64,000 bases of DNA, taken from assembly GCA_948442365.1 (NCBI GenBank), contig CAOJRU010000006.1, positions 3,189 to 67,188 of the forward strand, read 5' to 3'. The position numbers and the translations under genes were made by a program. Below, piece after piece: positions 24,597 through 34,141 of the stretch (position 1 is the first letter of the stretch; each line of letters starts with the position of its first letter). Below the pieces are notes generated by a model, which ran no database searches, was not told the origin of the DNA, and saw only the letters and a program-made list of their open reading frames with translations. Source of the DNA: an uncultured Clostridium sp. GTDB lineage: Bacteria; Bacillota; Clostridia; TANB77; CAG-508.

Positions 24597-24610
24597 TTAA
24601 ATAGATACAA

Positions 24611-24640
24611 AAAAGCAGCTTTTCTGAAAGCTGTTTTTTG
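24611..24640 (+). terminator. Rho-independent terminator after the kinase gene
   Basis: Stem CAGCTTT / AAAGCTG (24616-24633), loop TCTG, then TTTTTT. Confidence 0.7.
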
Positions 24641-24725
24641 CTGGATTGTATAAGTATAACTTTTAAAGTTATAGTATTGGTAAAAATAATTTTTCGTCCT
24701 ATCTTTACCAATGTAGTTTCATTAA

Positions 24726-24845
24726 TTAGTCTTTTTTAACTAAGCTTGCTGGCATTTTTGGTTGATGAAATGCCCAAAATAATTTACAAGCAGTATTAGT
24801 TGATGTCGCATATTTTTCTGCTACTTTAGCTAAGAATTTTAACAT
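24726..24845 (-). CDS. agrD: AgrD-like autoinducing-peptide precursor (39 aa; not in the ORF track)
   Basis: A GGAGGA RBS, then MLKFLAKVAEKYATSTNTACKLFWAFHQPKMPASLVKKD*. It has an amphipathic leader, a single Cys in the core and an HQP..P.SL tail like clostridial AgrD. It lies directly downstream of agrB. Confidence 0.75.
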   Translation of the reverse strand: MLKFLAKVAEKYATSTNTACKLFWAFHQPKMPASLVKKD

Positions 24846-24907
24846 AATAAAATCCTCCTTTTTTTATTTTTTATAATACAAAAACATTACTAATCTATGT
24901 TTTTATA

Positions 24908-25534
24908 TTAAACATTTTGAGTTGAAGTATTTCCATATACTTCATATCCATATTTATTATTGGTTAGTCGATATGCTAACTTTGTTATCATTAAAGTTTG
25001 TAAAAAATAACCAAATATTATGATATTAGAAATACTATTATAACTAATTACTCCTGCTATTAGTAATCCAACGGAAAAAGTAATATACGAAATTACTTGT
25101 TGTTTTCTTCTATCTTTTTTCCTTAAAATTGGTACATTTTCTGTGTCTGCTGGTGCGTATAATTTAATCATACACATTCCAAATACCCATACACAAGCTA
25201 TTATTATATATTTTAATATTCCACTTAATATGACTACTTTTGCTAATACTGGTATGGCACAATAAAAAGTTGTTGTTGCTAGAATACATCCTATATGAGT
25301 TTTTAAGTGAAGTCCTCCAGAAGCACTTTTATATGGTATTAATAATAAAAATGTTATTAAGGTTTCCTTCCAAATTCCTAAAAAATAAGCTATTATTAAT
25401 ACTAAAAAAGTTTTTGGAATTTCCCCTATAATATTTTGTAATCCATACTGAATTACTTCTGCCTTTTCATCGTCTATGTCTGGCATTTCTTTTCTAATTC
25501 GATTGGTTAGAAACATACAGATTTTATCTAACAT
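24908..25534 (-). CDS. agrB: Accessory gene regulator B (AgrB), the AgrD-processing membrane peptidase
   Basis: 208 aa polytopic protein with IQYGLQNIIGEIPK...YKSASGGLHLKTHIGC, which contains the conserved AgrB His/Cys region. Confidence 0.85.
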   Translation of the reverse strand: MLDKICMFLTNRIRKEMPDIDDEKAEVIQYGLQNIIGEIPKTFLVLIIAYFLGIWKETLITFLLLIPYKSASGGLHLKTHIGCILATTTFYCAIPVLAKVVILSGILKYIIIACVWVFGMCMIKLYAPADTENVPILRKKDRRKQQVISYITFSVGLLIAGVISYNSISNIIIFGYFLQTLMITKLAYRLTNNKYGYEVYGNTSTQNV

Positions 25535-25594
25535 TTCCTCACCTCACTTCGACACCCGAATTGTACCATCATAAATTTATTCTTTATTATTTTT

Positions 25595-25624
25595 TTTATG
25601 AAATACCGTTTTTCTTTTATGAAA
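25595..25624. promoter_or_regulatory. Candidate LytTR (AgrA-like) operator: a perfect 9-bp direct repeat with a 12-bp spacer, upstream of agrB
   Basis: TTTATGAAA (25595-25603), then 12 nt, then TTTATGAAA (25616-25624). It lies 60-90 bp upstream of the agrB start. The 21-bp periodicity matches known AgrA/LytTR site geometry. Confidence 0.45.
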
Positions 25625-25811
25625 AAGTTTTTGTTTTTTATAACAGTATTGGTGTTTTTTATAAATCTCTCTTTTCCTTTTACTTGTCATACATTTTTAT
25701 GTGTTTTTGTAAGATTTCATAATTTGAATATATGATTATTATTAAATTAATAACAAATAAAAAAGAATGAGTTGCTTTCAATCTCATTCTTTTTATTTTG
25801 TTTATTTAAGT

Positions 25812-26236
25812 TTATTCATTCTACTATATTTAAATTAAAACGCACTAGAAAAACTAAATAAAGGTCAAATTCAATTATTTACATTCTACTATATTTAAAT
25901 TAAAACTACATAGAAAAGTAAAAATGTTATCAATGCAACAATTTACATTCTACTATATTTAAATTAAAACCTTTTACTTTTGATAATACTAGACCATCTA
26001 TAATATTTACATTCTACTATACTTATATTAAAGCAACTTATTCTTTCCCTTGCCAAGACATATCAACAGCATTTACATTCTATATTTACTTATATTAAAA
26101 CAACATACAAATAATTTTAAATGGAGCATCAGCACCACAATTTACATTCTATTATATTTATATTAAAGCTGAAAAACAAATTTCAATTATTGAAAAAAAT
26201 AAAACAATTTACATTCTGTATGTATATAATCATCAA
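25812..26236. CRISPR. Small orphan CRISPR array (7 repeats, several degenerate; 6 spacers); the repeat resembles clostridial type I-B repeats
   Basis: The consensus ATTTACATTCTACTATATTTAAATTAAAAC occurs at 25877-25906 and 25941-25970. Variants occur at 25812-25841, 26005-26034, 26071-26101, 26140-26169 and 26207-26236. The six unique spacers are 35, 34, 34, 36, 38 and 37 nt. No cas genes are present in the window. Confidence 0.85.
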
Positions 26237-26239
26237 ATT

Positions 26240-29005
26240 TTAAGACTCTTTTATTTTATTTTCATACATTTTCATCAATTCAGCTACGCAATCTGATTCT
26301 GTCATTTTGTGCCAATCAAAGCCATACGCTTCCATTACTGCTTTGTCGTTCTCTTGATGAGCTTTTCTTAATTCTGGTGGCATCGTTAATTCATCGTATA
26401 AATCAGCAAGCGAATTATTAGGGTATTTATTTCTTGCTTCTAAAATTCCTTGTGCTGTTTTTTGTATTCTTAACTTTTGCGTTTCATTTGGGGAAGGCCA
26501 AGTAAAATTATTATATATAATTCCCTTTGAATATTGATAATCACTTTTCATTCTTCCACCAACTGTGCGCATCCAAGCATTATGCACATTTGAAATTAGA
26601 ATACCGAAATAATATCTATCTGCATTAGGAATAATTAATGCACTTCCATTTATTATTTTTTTTGGACCAATTAATGAGATAGGAATATATTTTCTGTTTT
26701 CTGAAGAAACTTTGGGTATAACTATCATATCTGTATTTGGTTGTGCTTCAAAGAAAAATCTATGTGGAATATTAGCCTTTTTTCTAGTAGATTCAGAAGT
26801 GCTTGATTCTCTTTCTTTTTTTATTATATTAATTCTTTCTGATAATTCTTTACTCTCTCTAATTTCATTTGGTTGAGCCTCTTTTAACCAAAAACAATAT
26901 CTAATTTTATTATTTATTATTTCTTCTGCTCCCATAAATGGATATATAAATTTTTCAAGTTTTGGCTCTCGTTTTAATATATCTTGTTTTTCTTGTTCAG
27001 ATATTACAAATTGTTTACTTCCTGCAACATTCCCATAACTAATTTCTTGAACACTACAAATTGGTTTTGTTCTATTTTCTATAATAATATTTGGTGCATT
27101 GCATAAATAAGGGTTTATATTAGATACTTTATCAATAGTATCATTAACAATTATTAAGCTTTCTTTTTGCTTATATTTTGAGAAACCTATAATAATACAA
27201 TGAACAGCTGCTTTATTTTTTGCTTCACTCTCCCATTTAAAAGTTTTATATGCAAAATTAATTTCTATATGCTCACTTAATAAAGTTTTCCATAGTGGAG
27301 CAACTTGTTCTCCTTGTGTTATTGAATTAGTAGATACAAAAGCACAATTTATTATAGTTTTCTCTATATATTCACTAGCTTTTTTATACCAGCCTGTAAC
27401 ATAATCTAAATCACCCAATCCCTTTATTTTTCCAAATATATATTTTAAATCATCTTTATTTGAAGTTGTTTGTTCTTTTTTCCCAATAAAAGGCGGATTT
27501 CCCATAATATAATTCAATTCTTCTTTTGGAACCACCTCATTCCAATCAATCCTTAGGGCATTACCTTCTGTTATATTCGTATATGACTTTAAAGGTAAAA
27601 AATCCAATGTGATATGTAAAATATTCTCTGTTTCTTTCATCATTTGGCTTTCTGCAATCCACAGAGCCGTTTTAGCAACCGTTACGGCAAAATCGTTAAT
27701 TTCAATTCCATAAAATTGACTAATAGAAACTTTGATTGGTGAAATTTCTTCATCTCCAAATCCTATTTGTCCTCCTGTTAATTCAAAAATAACTTCATTT
27801 TCCAACTTTCGTAAAGAAAGATACGTTTCTGTTAAAAAATTACCACTACCACAAGCAGGGTCAAGAAACTTCAAAGAAGCTATTTTATCTTGAAACTCCA
27901 TAAGTTTCTTCTTTTTCGTTCGGATAACAGGCATTCTTTTTATTTCTTCTAATTCTTCTTTTAACTCCTTAAAAAACAAGGGGTCAATCACTTTATGAAT
28001 ATTCTTAATAGAAGTATAGTGCATTCCACCAGAACGTCTTGTTTCAGGATTTAAGGTAGATTCAAAAACTGCTCCAAAAATAGTTGGGCTTATATCACTC
28101 CAATCGAAATCCTCACTTGCCTTTGATAATAATAGTTCTTTAACCGCTTCATTAAGAATAGGAATTTCTATCTCTTCATTTGCAAATAAGCCACCATTAA
28201 CATAGGGAAATTGCGACAATTCTTCTATCATATACGGATCTCTATTTTCTACTTTGGTATCTAATACCTTAAATAAATCCATTAATGCACGTCTTAAATC
28301 CACTGCCTCAAATCGATCCAAATAATCATGAAACATAGATCTTTTCCCAAATATGCCCGCATCTTCTGCATACAAACAAAATACCAATCTTACACAAAGC
28401 ATATTTAAGCTCTTTAGCGTCTCTTCCTTTTCTGGATTAATATACAATTTCAAAATTTCATCATATAGCTTACCAACTAATTCACCAGCTTGGATGGAAA
28501 TCTCCATCTCTCTTTTTAAATGTTCTTTTCCTTCTTCAACTAAAAACTGTAATCTATAATATTCCTTTTCTAAATCTTTTAATAAAATTTCTTCTGGTTC
28601 TCCATTTGGATTTTCCATATCATAGATTAGAAAAGATTTAAAATTACATGTTACAACATATTTGGGATGTCTTGAAAGAGGAAGTTCTGCAATATATTTC
28701 TTAGCTTGTTGAAATGGCGTTAACAAACTTCCATCTGATTGTCTAATACCCTTTCGCAAATCCTTATCTATGCTTTTTTGTTCAATTAAGACTTTTGTAG
28801 TAGAAATATAGCCATCCATAAATCCTGTATGTTTATCAATATGAACTTGTTCTTCAAATTCTATCCATTCTTCTGGTTTCTCAATCCCAAATACTTGACT
28901 TAATAATTGAACCCAAAATATTTGAGATTGTCCTTTTTCATATCCTTTATCTTTCCAAAACTCTGAAAATTCTTTTGCTTTTTGTTTTTGTTCCTTTTCC
29001 GTCAT
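26240..29005 (-). CDS. MmeI-family type IIL (IIG) restriction-modification enzyme: fused endonuclease, N6-adenine methyltransferase and target-recognition domain
   Basis: 921 aa. The N-terminus has an MmeI-like nuclease motif (GFMDGYI...VLIEQKS = D-x12-EXK). It also carries the SAM motif LDPACGSGNFL and the catalytic GNPPFIGKK. The size matches MmeI (about 920 aa). Confidence 0.8.
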   Translation of the reverse strand: MTEKEQKQKAKEFSEFWKDKGYEKGQSQIFWVQLLSQVFGIEKPEEWIEFEEQVHIDKHTGFMDGYISTTKVLIEQKSIDKDLRKGIRQSDGSLLTPFQQAKKYIAELPLSRHPKYVVTCNFKSFLIYDMENPNGEPEEILLKDLEKEYYRLQFLVEEGKEHLKREMEISIQAGELVGKLYDEILKLYINPEKEETLKSLNMLCVRLVFCLYAEDAGIFGKRSMFHDYLDRFEAVDLRRALMDLFKVLDTKVENRDPYMIEELSQFPYVNGGLFANEEIEIPILNEAVKELLLSKASEDFDWSDISPTIFGAVFESTLNPETRRSGGMHYTSIKNIHKVIDPLFFKELKEELEEIKRMPVIRTKKKKLMEFQDKIASLKFLDPACGSGNFLTETYLSLRKLENEVIFELTGGQIGFGDEEISPIKVSISQFYGIEINDFAVTVAKTALWIAESQMMKETENILHITLDFLPLKSYTNITEGNALRIDWNEVVPKEELNYIMGNPPFIGKKEQTTSNKDDLKYIFGKIKGLGDLDYVTGWYKKASEYIEKTIINCAFVSTNSITQGEQVAPLWKTLLSEHIEINFAYKTFKWESEAKNKAAVHCIIIGFSKYKQKESLIIVNDTIDKVSNINPYLCNAPNIIIENRTKPICSVQEISYGNVAGSKQFVISEQEKQDILKREPKLEKFIYPFMGAEEIINNKIRYCFWLKEAQPNEIRESKELSERINIIKKERESSTSESTRKKANIPHRFFFEAQPNTDMIVIPKVSSENRKYIPISLIGPKKIINGSALIIPNADRYYFGILISNVHNAWMRTVGGRMKSDYQYSKGIIYNNFTWPSPNETQKLRIQKTAQGILEARNKYPNNSLADLYDELTMPPELRKAHQENDKAVMEAYGFDWHKMTESDCVAELMKMYENKIKES

Positions 29006-29165
29006 ATCGATTCCTCCATAATTTGGTTTTTTTAATTATACCATAAAAAAACAAGTAATAGATAAAATTTTTTTCTATTTTACAACTTTCGACACCTTTT
29101 TTATTTTCTTTTTATTATAATTTTGCATGTTATTTTATAATCTACAAAAGAAAAGAGGTGTCATT

Positions 29166-29324
29166 ATGAAGAAAGATAAAATAATAGGTGAAAAAATTGG
29201 TGTTGTTTCTGTACATATCTATAAAGAACCTACAACAAATACTCCCTTTTTCTATATTAAATCCGAAAATGAAGATGTATTGCCAATTTCAAATATTATT
29301 GAAGATTCTTTAAAACTTTATTAA
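29166..29324 (+). CDS. Hypothetical small protein (52 aa)
   Basis: An RBS (AAGAGGTG) precedes the ATG at 29166, giving MKKDKIIGEKIGVVSVHIYKEPTT.... The hairpin AGACTGA..TCAGTCT plus a T-run (29331-29358) follows. Confidence 0.4.
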   Translation: MKKDKIIGEKIGVVSVHIYKEPTTNTPFFYIKSENEDVLPISNIIEDSLKLY

Positions 29325-29447
29325 AATCTCTTAGACTGACTCTGTTCAGTCTTTTTTTTAACAGAACTATCCCCAATGGATACAAAATGAACATCGTATA
29401 AAATTTTAAAATTAGTGTATAATTAAAATAAAAGAAAGGAGTATTTT

Positions 29448-30524
29448 ATGGACAGAAAACTAAAAGTAGTTCAATATGGAGCTGGAAAAATGAGTGTATA
29501 TACCATGCGCTATGTATATGAGAAAGGGGCAGAAATCGTAGGTGCTATTGACGTTAATCCAGATGTCATTGGAAAAGATATTGGAGAAATCATGGGAACC
29601 GAAAATAAAGGAGTAAAAGTAGTTTCTATAGAAGAAGCAGAAAATATGATGAAAGAAACAAAACCAGATATAGCAATTGTCACTACTATGAGTCTAATTA
29701 GCGATGTAGAAGATGCTTTAATGCTATGTGCCAAATTAGGAATCAATGCCATTACCACTTGTGAAGAAGCCTTTTATCCTATGAATTCAAACCCAACCGT
29801 AACGAAAAAAATTGATGATATGGCAAAACAAACTGGTTGTACCATAACAGGAAGTGGTTACCAAGATATTTATTGGGGACAATTAATTTCTAGCATAGCT
29901 GGTTCAACCCAAACCATTCAAAAAATAAAAGGAAGTTCTAGTTATAATGTAGAAGACTATGGAATCGCTTTAGCCAAAGCACATGGTGCTGGATTGTCTT
30001 TAGAAGATTTTGATAAGCAAGTGGCATCTGTGGACCGCATTTCAGATGAAGAAAGACAAGCTATGATTGATAAAGGAGAATATTTGCCTTCTTACATGTG
30101 GAATGTTAATGGTTGGTTATGTGCAAAATTGGGGCTAACCGTAAAAAGTCAAACACAGAAAACAGTTCCACAAACACATACCGAAGATATTGAATCTTCT
30201 ACTTTAGAAATGACTGTAAAAGCAGGAATGGCAACAGGAATGAGTGCTGTGGTAACAACCCAAACAGAAGAAGGCATCACCATTGAAAGTGAATGTATTG
30301 GAAAAGTATATGCAAAAGAAGATTTTGATAAAAACGAATGGACCATCATAGGGGAACCAGAAACAACATTAGTAATTAATAGGCCTGCTACTGTGGAATT
30401 GACTTGCGCTTCTATTGTCAATCGATTACCAGATGTTATCAATAGTAAACCTGGCTATGTGCCAACAGAGGAAATGGGAGAGTTAAATTATAGAGTAAAA
30501 CCTCTTAATGTATACGTAAAATAG
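29448..30524 (+). CDS. NAD(P)-binding DapB-N-like oxidoreductase (amine dehydrogenase / 2,4-diaminopentanoate dehydrogenase-like family)
   Basis: 358 aa. The N-terminal Rossmann segment is KVVQYGAGKMSVYTMRYVYEKGAEIVGAID. Family assignment is from memory of this N-terminal pattern only. Confidence 0.45.
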   Translation: MDRKLKVVQYGAGKMSVYTMRYVYEKGAEIVGAIDVNPDVIGKDIGEIMGTENKGVKVVSIEEAENMMKETKPDIAIVTTMSLISDVEDALMLCAKLGINAITTCEEAFYPMNSNPTVTKKIDDMAKQTGCTITGSGYQDIYWGQLISSIAGSTQTIQKIKGSSSYNVEDYGIALAKAHGAGLSLEDFDKQVASVDRISDEERQAMIDKGEYLPSYMWNVNGWLCAKLGLTVKSQTQKTVPQTHTEDIESSTLEMTVKAGMATGMSAVVTTQTEEGITIESECIGKVYAKEDFDKNEWTIIGEPETTLVINRPATVELTCASIVNRLPDVINSKPGYVPTEEMGELNYRVKPLNVYVK

Positions 30525-30631
30525 AAAAAATTGCCAAAAGAGCTTGTTTTTAAGGCTCTTTTGTGTTATAATAAGAATGTAGTATAAAAAAGGAGGTATA
30601 AACTTCGAGTTTATATTAGAGGTGAATAAAT

Positions 30632-30976
30632 ATGAGAGAAAACGCGAAGGCAGTTGAAAGCACTACCAAAGTAGTAAGATTTCAAGCAGCATTAAATTTC
30701 ATAGAAGCATTAAAAACAATTATGTGGATTTCAGATGAAAAATTAGAAAATGCAGAAGATGTGGAATTATCACCAGAGCTAAAAGCTACTGTTGAAAATA
30801 TCACTACAAAAGCCGAAAAATTAAATAATAGAAATCAAGAACCTAAGAAAACAACTCCCCTTAAAGGTTTAAAAGGAAACGTACAGGTAGTAAACGCTCC
30901 TACCATCCAACAAAGCGAGTTTCATTATGATAATGAAAAAGGGGAAACAATTAACGATAACGAAATTTCAGACTAA
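30632..30976 (+). CDS. Hypothetical protein (114 aa)
   Basis: ORF with the RBS GAGGTGA; no family recognised. A terminator hairpin lies at 30985-31018. Confidence 0.4.
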   Translation: MRENAKAVESTTKVVRFQAALNFIEALKTIMWISDEKLENAEDVELSPELKATVENITTKAEKLNNRNQEPKKTTPLKGLKGNVQVVNAPTIQQSEFHYDNEKGETINDNEISD

Positions 30977-31019
30977 GAACTAAAAAATACAAGAAATTTG
31001 ATTTTCTTGTATTTTTATC

Positions 31020-31048
31020 TTGACAAATGGAAAAACTACCTTTATAAT
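31020..31048 (+). promoter_or_regulatory. Exact sigma-A consensus promoter for tRNA-Met
   Basis: TTGACA (31020-31025), 17 nt, TATAAT (31043-31048); about 20 nt upstream of the tRNA 5' end. Confidence 0.7.
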
Positions 31049-31068
31049 AAATAACGTTATATCAATAT

Positions 31069-31145
31069 GGCGAAGTAGCTCAGTTGGCTAGAGCATTCGG
31101 TTCATACCCGAAGGGTCATGTGTTCGAATCACATCTTCGCTACCA
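31069..31145 (+). tRNA. tRNA-Met (CAU), elongator-like
   Basis: Cloverleaf GGCGAAG/TAGCTCAGTTGGCTAGAGCA/TTCGG-TTCATAC-CCGAA/GGTC/ATGTGTTCGAATCACAT/CTTCGCT-A-CCA. The anticodon loop is uuCAUac and CCA is encoded. It lacks the initiator features (no GGG/CCC anticodon stem) and resembles Bacillus elongator Met more than the lysidine Ile2 tRNA. Confidence 0.85.
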
Positions 31146-31160
31146 ATATTCAAAATAGAG

Positions 31161-31203
31161 AAAAACAGTGTGTTTCAAGGAAAATGAAACATACTGTTTT
31201 TTA
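31161..31203. terminator. Bidirectional rho-independent terminator (tRNA-Met / mtnN)
   Basis: 13-bp stem ACAGTGTGTTTCA / TGAAACATACTGT flanked by an A-run and a T-run. Confidence 0.7.
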
Positions 31204-31231
31204 TATTTTATCAATTTTTAAAAAATAAACT

Positions 31232-31924
31232 TTATACCAAAAATTCCTTTAAAATATTAGCACATCTTTTGGATGCTAGCTTCAAATTCTCATCAAAGGT
31301 AGAAGCATTTTTTCCATTTGGTGTATCTGAAATAGCTCTTATCACCATAAAAGGCACATTATCTAAATAACAAACTTGTCCAATAGCAGCACATTCCATA
31401 TCCACTACATCAGCATCAAATTTAGCACGAATTTTATCTTTCATCCAAGCTTCACTACAAAAAATGTCACCTGTTGCTATCACACCTATTTTAATTTGAT
31501 AATTTCTTTCTGGTATGGATTTTATAATCTGTTCCAATTCATCTACTAAATTTCTATCACACATAATGCTATTTCCAATTCCCGTAATATATCCTTTACT
31601 ATGTCCAAATGCAGTAATATCAAAATCATGTTGAACCACTTGTCTTCCTATTAATATGTCCCCTATATTTAACATACCATTGATGGAGCCCCCTGCTCCT
31701 AAATTAATAACATATAGTATATTAAAATTTTGAAGCATTACTTGAGTAGTCCTTGCTGCATTTACTTTTCCAATTCCACTCTTTACTAAAACACAATTTT
31801 TCCCTTGTATTTTTCCTCTTAAAAATCTTAGATTGTATATTTGCTCTACTTTTGTATCTGTCATAATTTTAAGAATGGCTTCTCTTTCTTCATCCATAGC
31901 AACAATAATTCCGATTTCCTGCAT
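31232..31924 (-). CDS. mtnN: 5'-methylthioadenosine/S-adenosylhomocysteine nucleosidase
   Basis: 230 aa; IGIIVAMDEE...SGIGKVNAA...DMECAAIGQVC is the typical MtnN/Pfs pattern. Confidence 0.9.
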   Translation of the reverse strand: MQEIGIIVAMDEEREAILKIMTDTKVEQIYNLRFLRGKIQGKNCVLVKSGIGKVNAARTTQVMLQNFNILYVINLGAGGSINGMLNIGDILIGRQVVQHDFDITAFGHSKGYITGIGNSIMCDRNLVDELEQIIKSIPERNYQIKIGVIATGDIFCSEAWMKDKIRAKFDADVVDMECAAIGQVCYLDNVPFMVIRAISDTPNGKNASTFDENLKLASKRCANILKEFLV

Positions 31925-32104
31925 AAATATCCCCCCTTTTTCCTGCCTATATTATATACTAAATAATTAATTATTTCAATCTTTAAGAATTTTTAAGTTT
32001 CGTTTTTTTGATAGGACTTGCCACTTTTTAAAATTTAGTGTAATATAATAAAGTAAATTGAAAGAAATGCAAAAAGATATGAGAAAGGAGGAAATTTACT
32101 TTAT

Positions 32105-32270
32105 TTAACATAGCGCCAGAACACTTAATTTAAAGTGTTGACGAGGTCTAGGGTTATCGAAATGTTCGGCGGATGCTCTAGTGGCTTTAGCTTAAGGTCA
32201 TATTATTAATTTAAAAAGCAGTAGTAATATTGTAACAAAGATTAATATATTTAAGCTTGCATACTTTCAA
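32105..32270 (+). promoter_or_regulatory. glmS ribozyme (GlcN6P-dependent self-cleaving leader)
   Basis: Contains the conserved core blocks A/GCGCCAGAAC (cleavage site near 32112/32113), GACGAGG, TTATCGAA and TTCGGCGGATGC. It lies directly upstream of glmS. Confidence 0.9.
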
Positions 32271-32302
32271 TTCCAATATTAATTTTTAGGAGGATTTAAA
32301 AT

Positions 32303-34141
32303 ATGTGTGGAATTGTAGGTTACATAGGAAACCAAAAAGCAAGCCCTATTTTAATCAATGGGCTAATTCGATTGGAATACAGAGGATATGACTCAGCTGG
32401 TATTTCAACCATTGAAAAAGATGGACTTTCCATCATGAAAGATAAAGGAAGAGTCAAAAATCTATACGATTTAAAAGGAATTAACGATTTAACTGGTACC
32501 ATTGGTATTGCTCATACTAGATGGGCAACACATGGAAAACCATCCCAAGAAAACTCTCATCCTCATATGGATAACAGTAAAACTTTTAGTGTTGTACATA
32601 ATGGAATCATAGAAAATTATAATGAATTAAGAAGTTTCTTAACAAACAATGGCTATACTTTCTACTCTCAAACTGATACAGAAGTTATCCCCAACTTAGT
32701 TCATTACTATTACACAAAAGATGATAATACAGATGAATTGAAATTTTTACGTGCGGTAAAAAATGCTTGTCATGATTTAAAAGGAAGTTATGCCATTGAA
32801 ATTATTTGTAAATACAACCCTGATTGGATGATTGTTACCAGAAAAGATAGTCCGCTTGTTATTGGAAAAGGAGAAAATGAAAACTATATTTCTTCTGATA
32901 TTCCAGCTATTCTATCTTTTACTAGAAATTTCTATTTATTAAATGATTTAGAATTAGCTGTTTTAACAAGAGATGCTGTATCTTTTTATGATAATCATTT
33001 AAATATTATCCCAAAAGATACTACAACGATTGAATGGAATGCTGCAAGTGCTGAAAAAGATGGTTACGAAGATTTCATGTTAAAAGAAATTCACGAGCAA
33101 CCAACTGCTATTCGAGAAACTATTGGAGCAAAATTCAATGAAACAACAAAATGTGAGTTTGACGAATTAAATTTTACCAAACAATATTTATCTAGTATCA
33201 ATAAAATCTATATTGTAGCTTGTGGTACCGCTATGCATGCTGGCCTAGCTGGAAAAAATGCATTAGAAAAACTTTGCAAAATAACAACAGAAGTTGATAT
33301 TGCTTCTGAATTTAGATATAGAGATCCTTTAGTCGATGAAAAAACATTATGTATTTTTATCTCTCAATCTGGAGAAACAGCAGATACCATAGCTGCCCTA
33401 AAACTTTGTAAGGAAAAAGGTGCTAAAACACTTGCTATTAGTAATGTAATTGGAAGTTCTATTACAAGAGAAGCTGATTACTCTATTTATACCCATGCTG
33501 GACCAGAAATAGCTGTTGCTTCTACAAAAGCCTATACTTCTCAAGTCATGTTAATTACGATACTAGCTATCTACTTTGCTGAAATATTAGAAATGGATGC
33601 TAATACCATTAACCAATTGAAAAAAGATATTATGGAGTTACCTAAAAAATTAGAAGAAGCTTTGAAATTATCACAAGTGATTCAAGATTTTTCTAAGAAA
33701 ACATATCAAGAAAAAGATATTTTCTTTTTGGGTAGAGGAATTGACGAAACCGTTGCTAGAGAAGGTTCCTTGAAATTAAAAGAAATTTCTTATATTCATT
33801 CAGAAAGCTATGCAGCTGGCGAGTTAAAACATGGACCAATTGCCTTGATTGAAAATGATATTACAGTAATTAGCATTATAACGGATAATAATTTGCTTGA
33901 AAAAACCGTTAGCAATATTCAAGAGGTTATTACACGTGGTGCTAAGACTTTAGTGATTACCAATCAAGATGTGGATGAGAATATGTTTGATGTGACAATT
34001 AGAATCCCACAAACTAATTGTTTCCTTTCTCCTATCTTGTCTATTGTTCCTCTTCAATTATTTTCTTACTATATTGCTAAAGAAAAAGGCTTAGATGTGG
34101 ATAAACCTAGAAATCTTGCTAAGTCTGTAACAGTTGAATAA
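32303..34141 (+). CDS. glmS: Glutamine-fructose-6-phosphate aminotransferase GlmS
   Basis: 612 aa; an MCGIVGY N-terminus, two SIS domains and a C-terminal ...PRNLAKSVTVE. Confidence 0.97.
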   Translation: MCGIVGYIGNQKASPILINGLIRLEYRGYDSAGISTIEKDGLSIMKDKGRVKNLYDLKGINDLTGTIGIAHTRWATHGKPSQENSHPHMDNSKTFSVVHNGIIENYNELRSFLTNNGYTFYSQTDTEVIPNLVHYYYTKDDNTDELKFLRAVKNACHDLKGSYAIEIICKYNPDWMIVTRKDSPLVIGKGENENYISSDIPAILSFTRNFYLLNDLELAVLTRDAVSFYDNHLNIIPKDTTTIEWNAASAEKDGYEDFMLKEIHEQPTAIRETIGAKFNETTKCEFDELNFTKQYLSSINKIYIVACGTAMHAGLAGKNALEKLCKITTEVDIASEFRYRDPLVDEKTLCIFISQSGETADTIAALKLCKEKGAKTLAISNVIGSSITREADYSIYTHAGPEIAVASTKAYTSQVMLITILAIYFAEILEMDANTINQLKKDIMELPKKLEEALKLSQVIQDFSKKTYQEKDIFFLGRGIDETVAREGSLKLKEISYIHSESYAAGELKHGPIALIENDITVISIITDNNLLEKTVSNIQEVITRGAKTLVITNQDVDENMFDVTIRIPQTNCFLSPILSIVPLQLFSYYIAKEKGLDVDKPRNLAKSVTVE

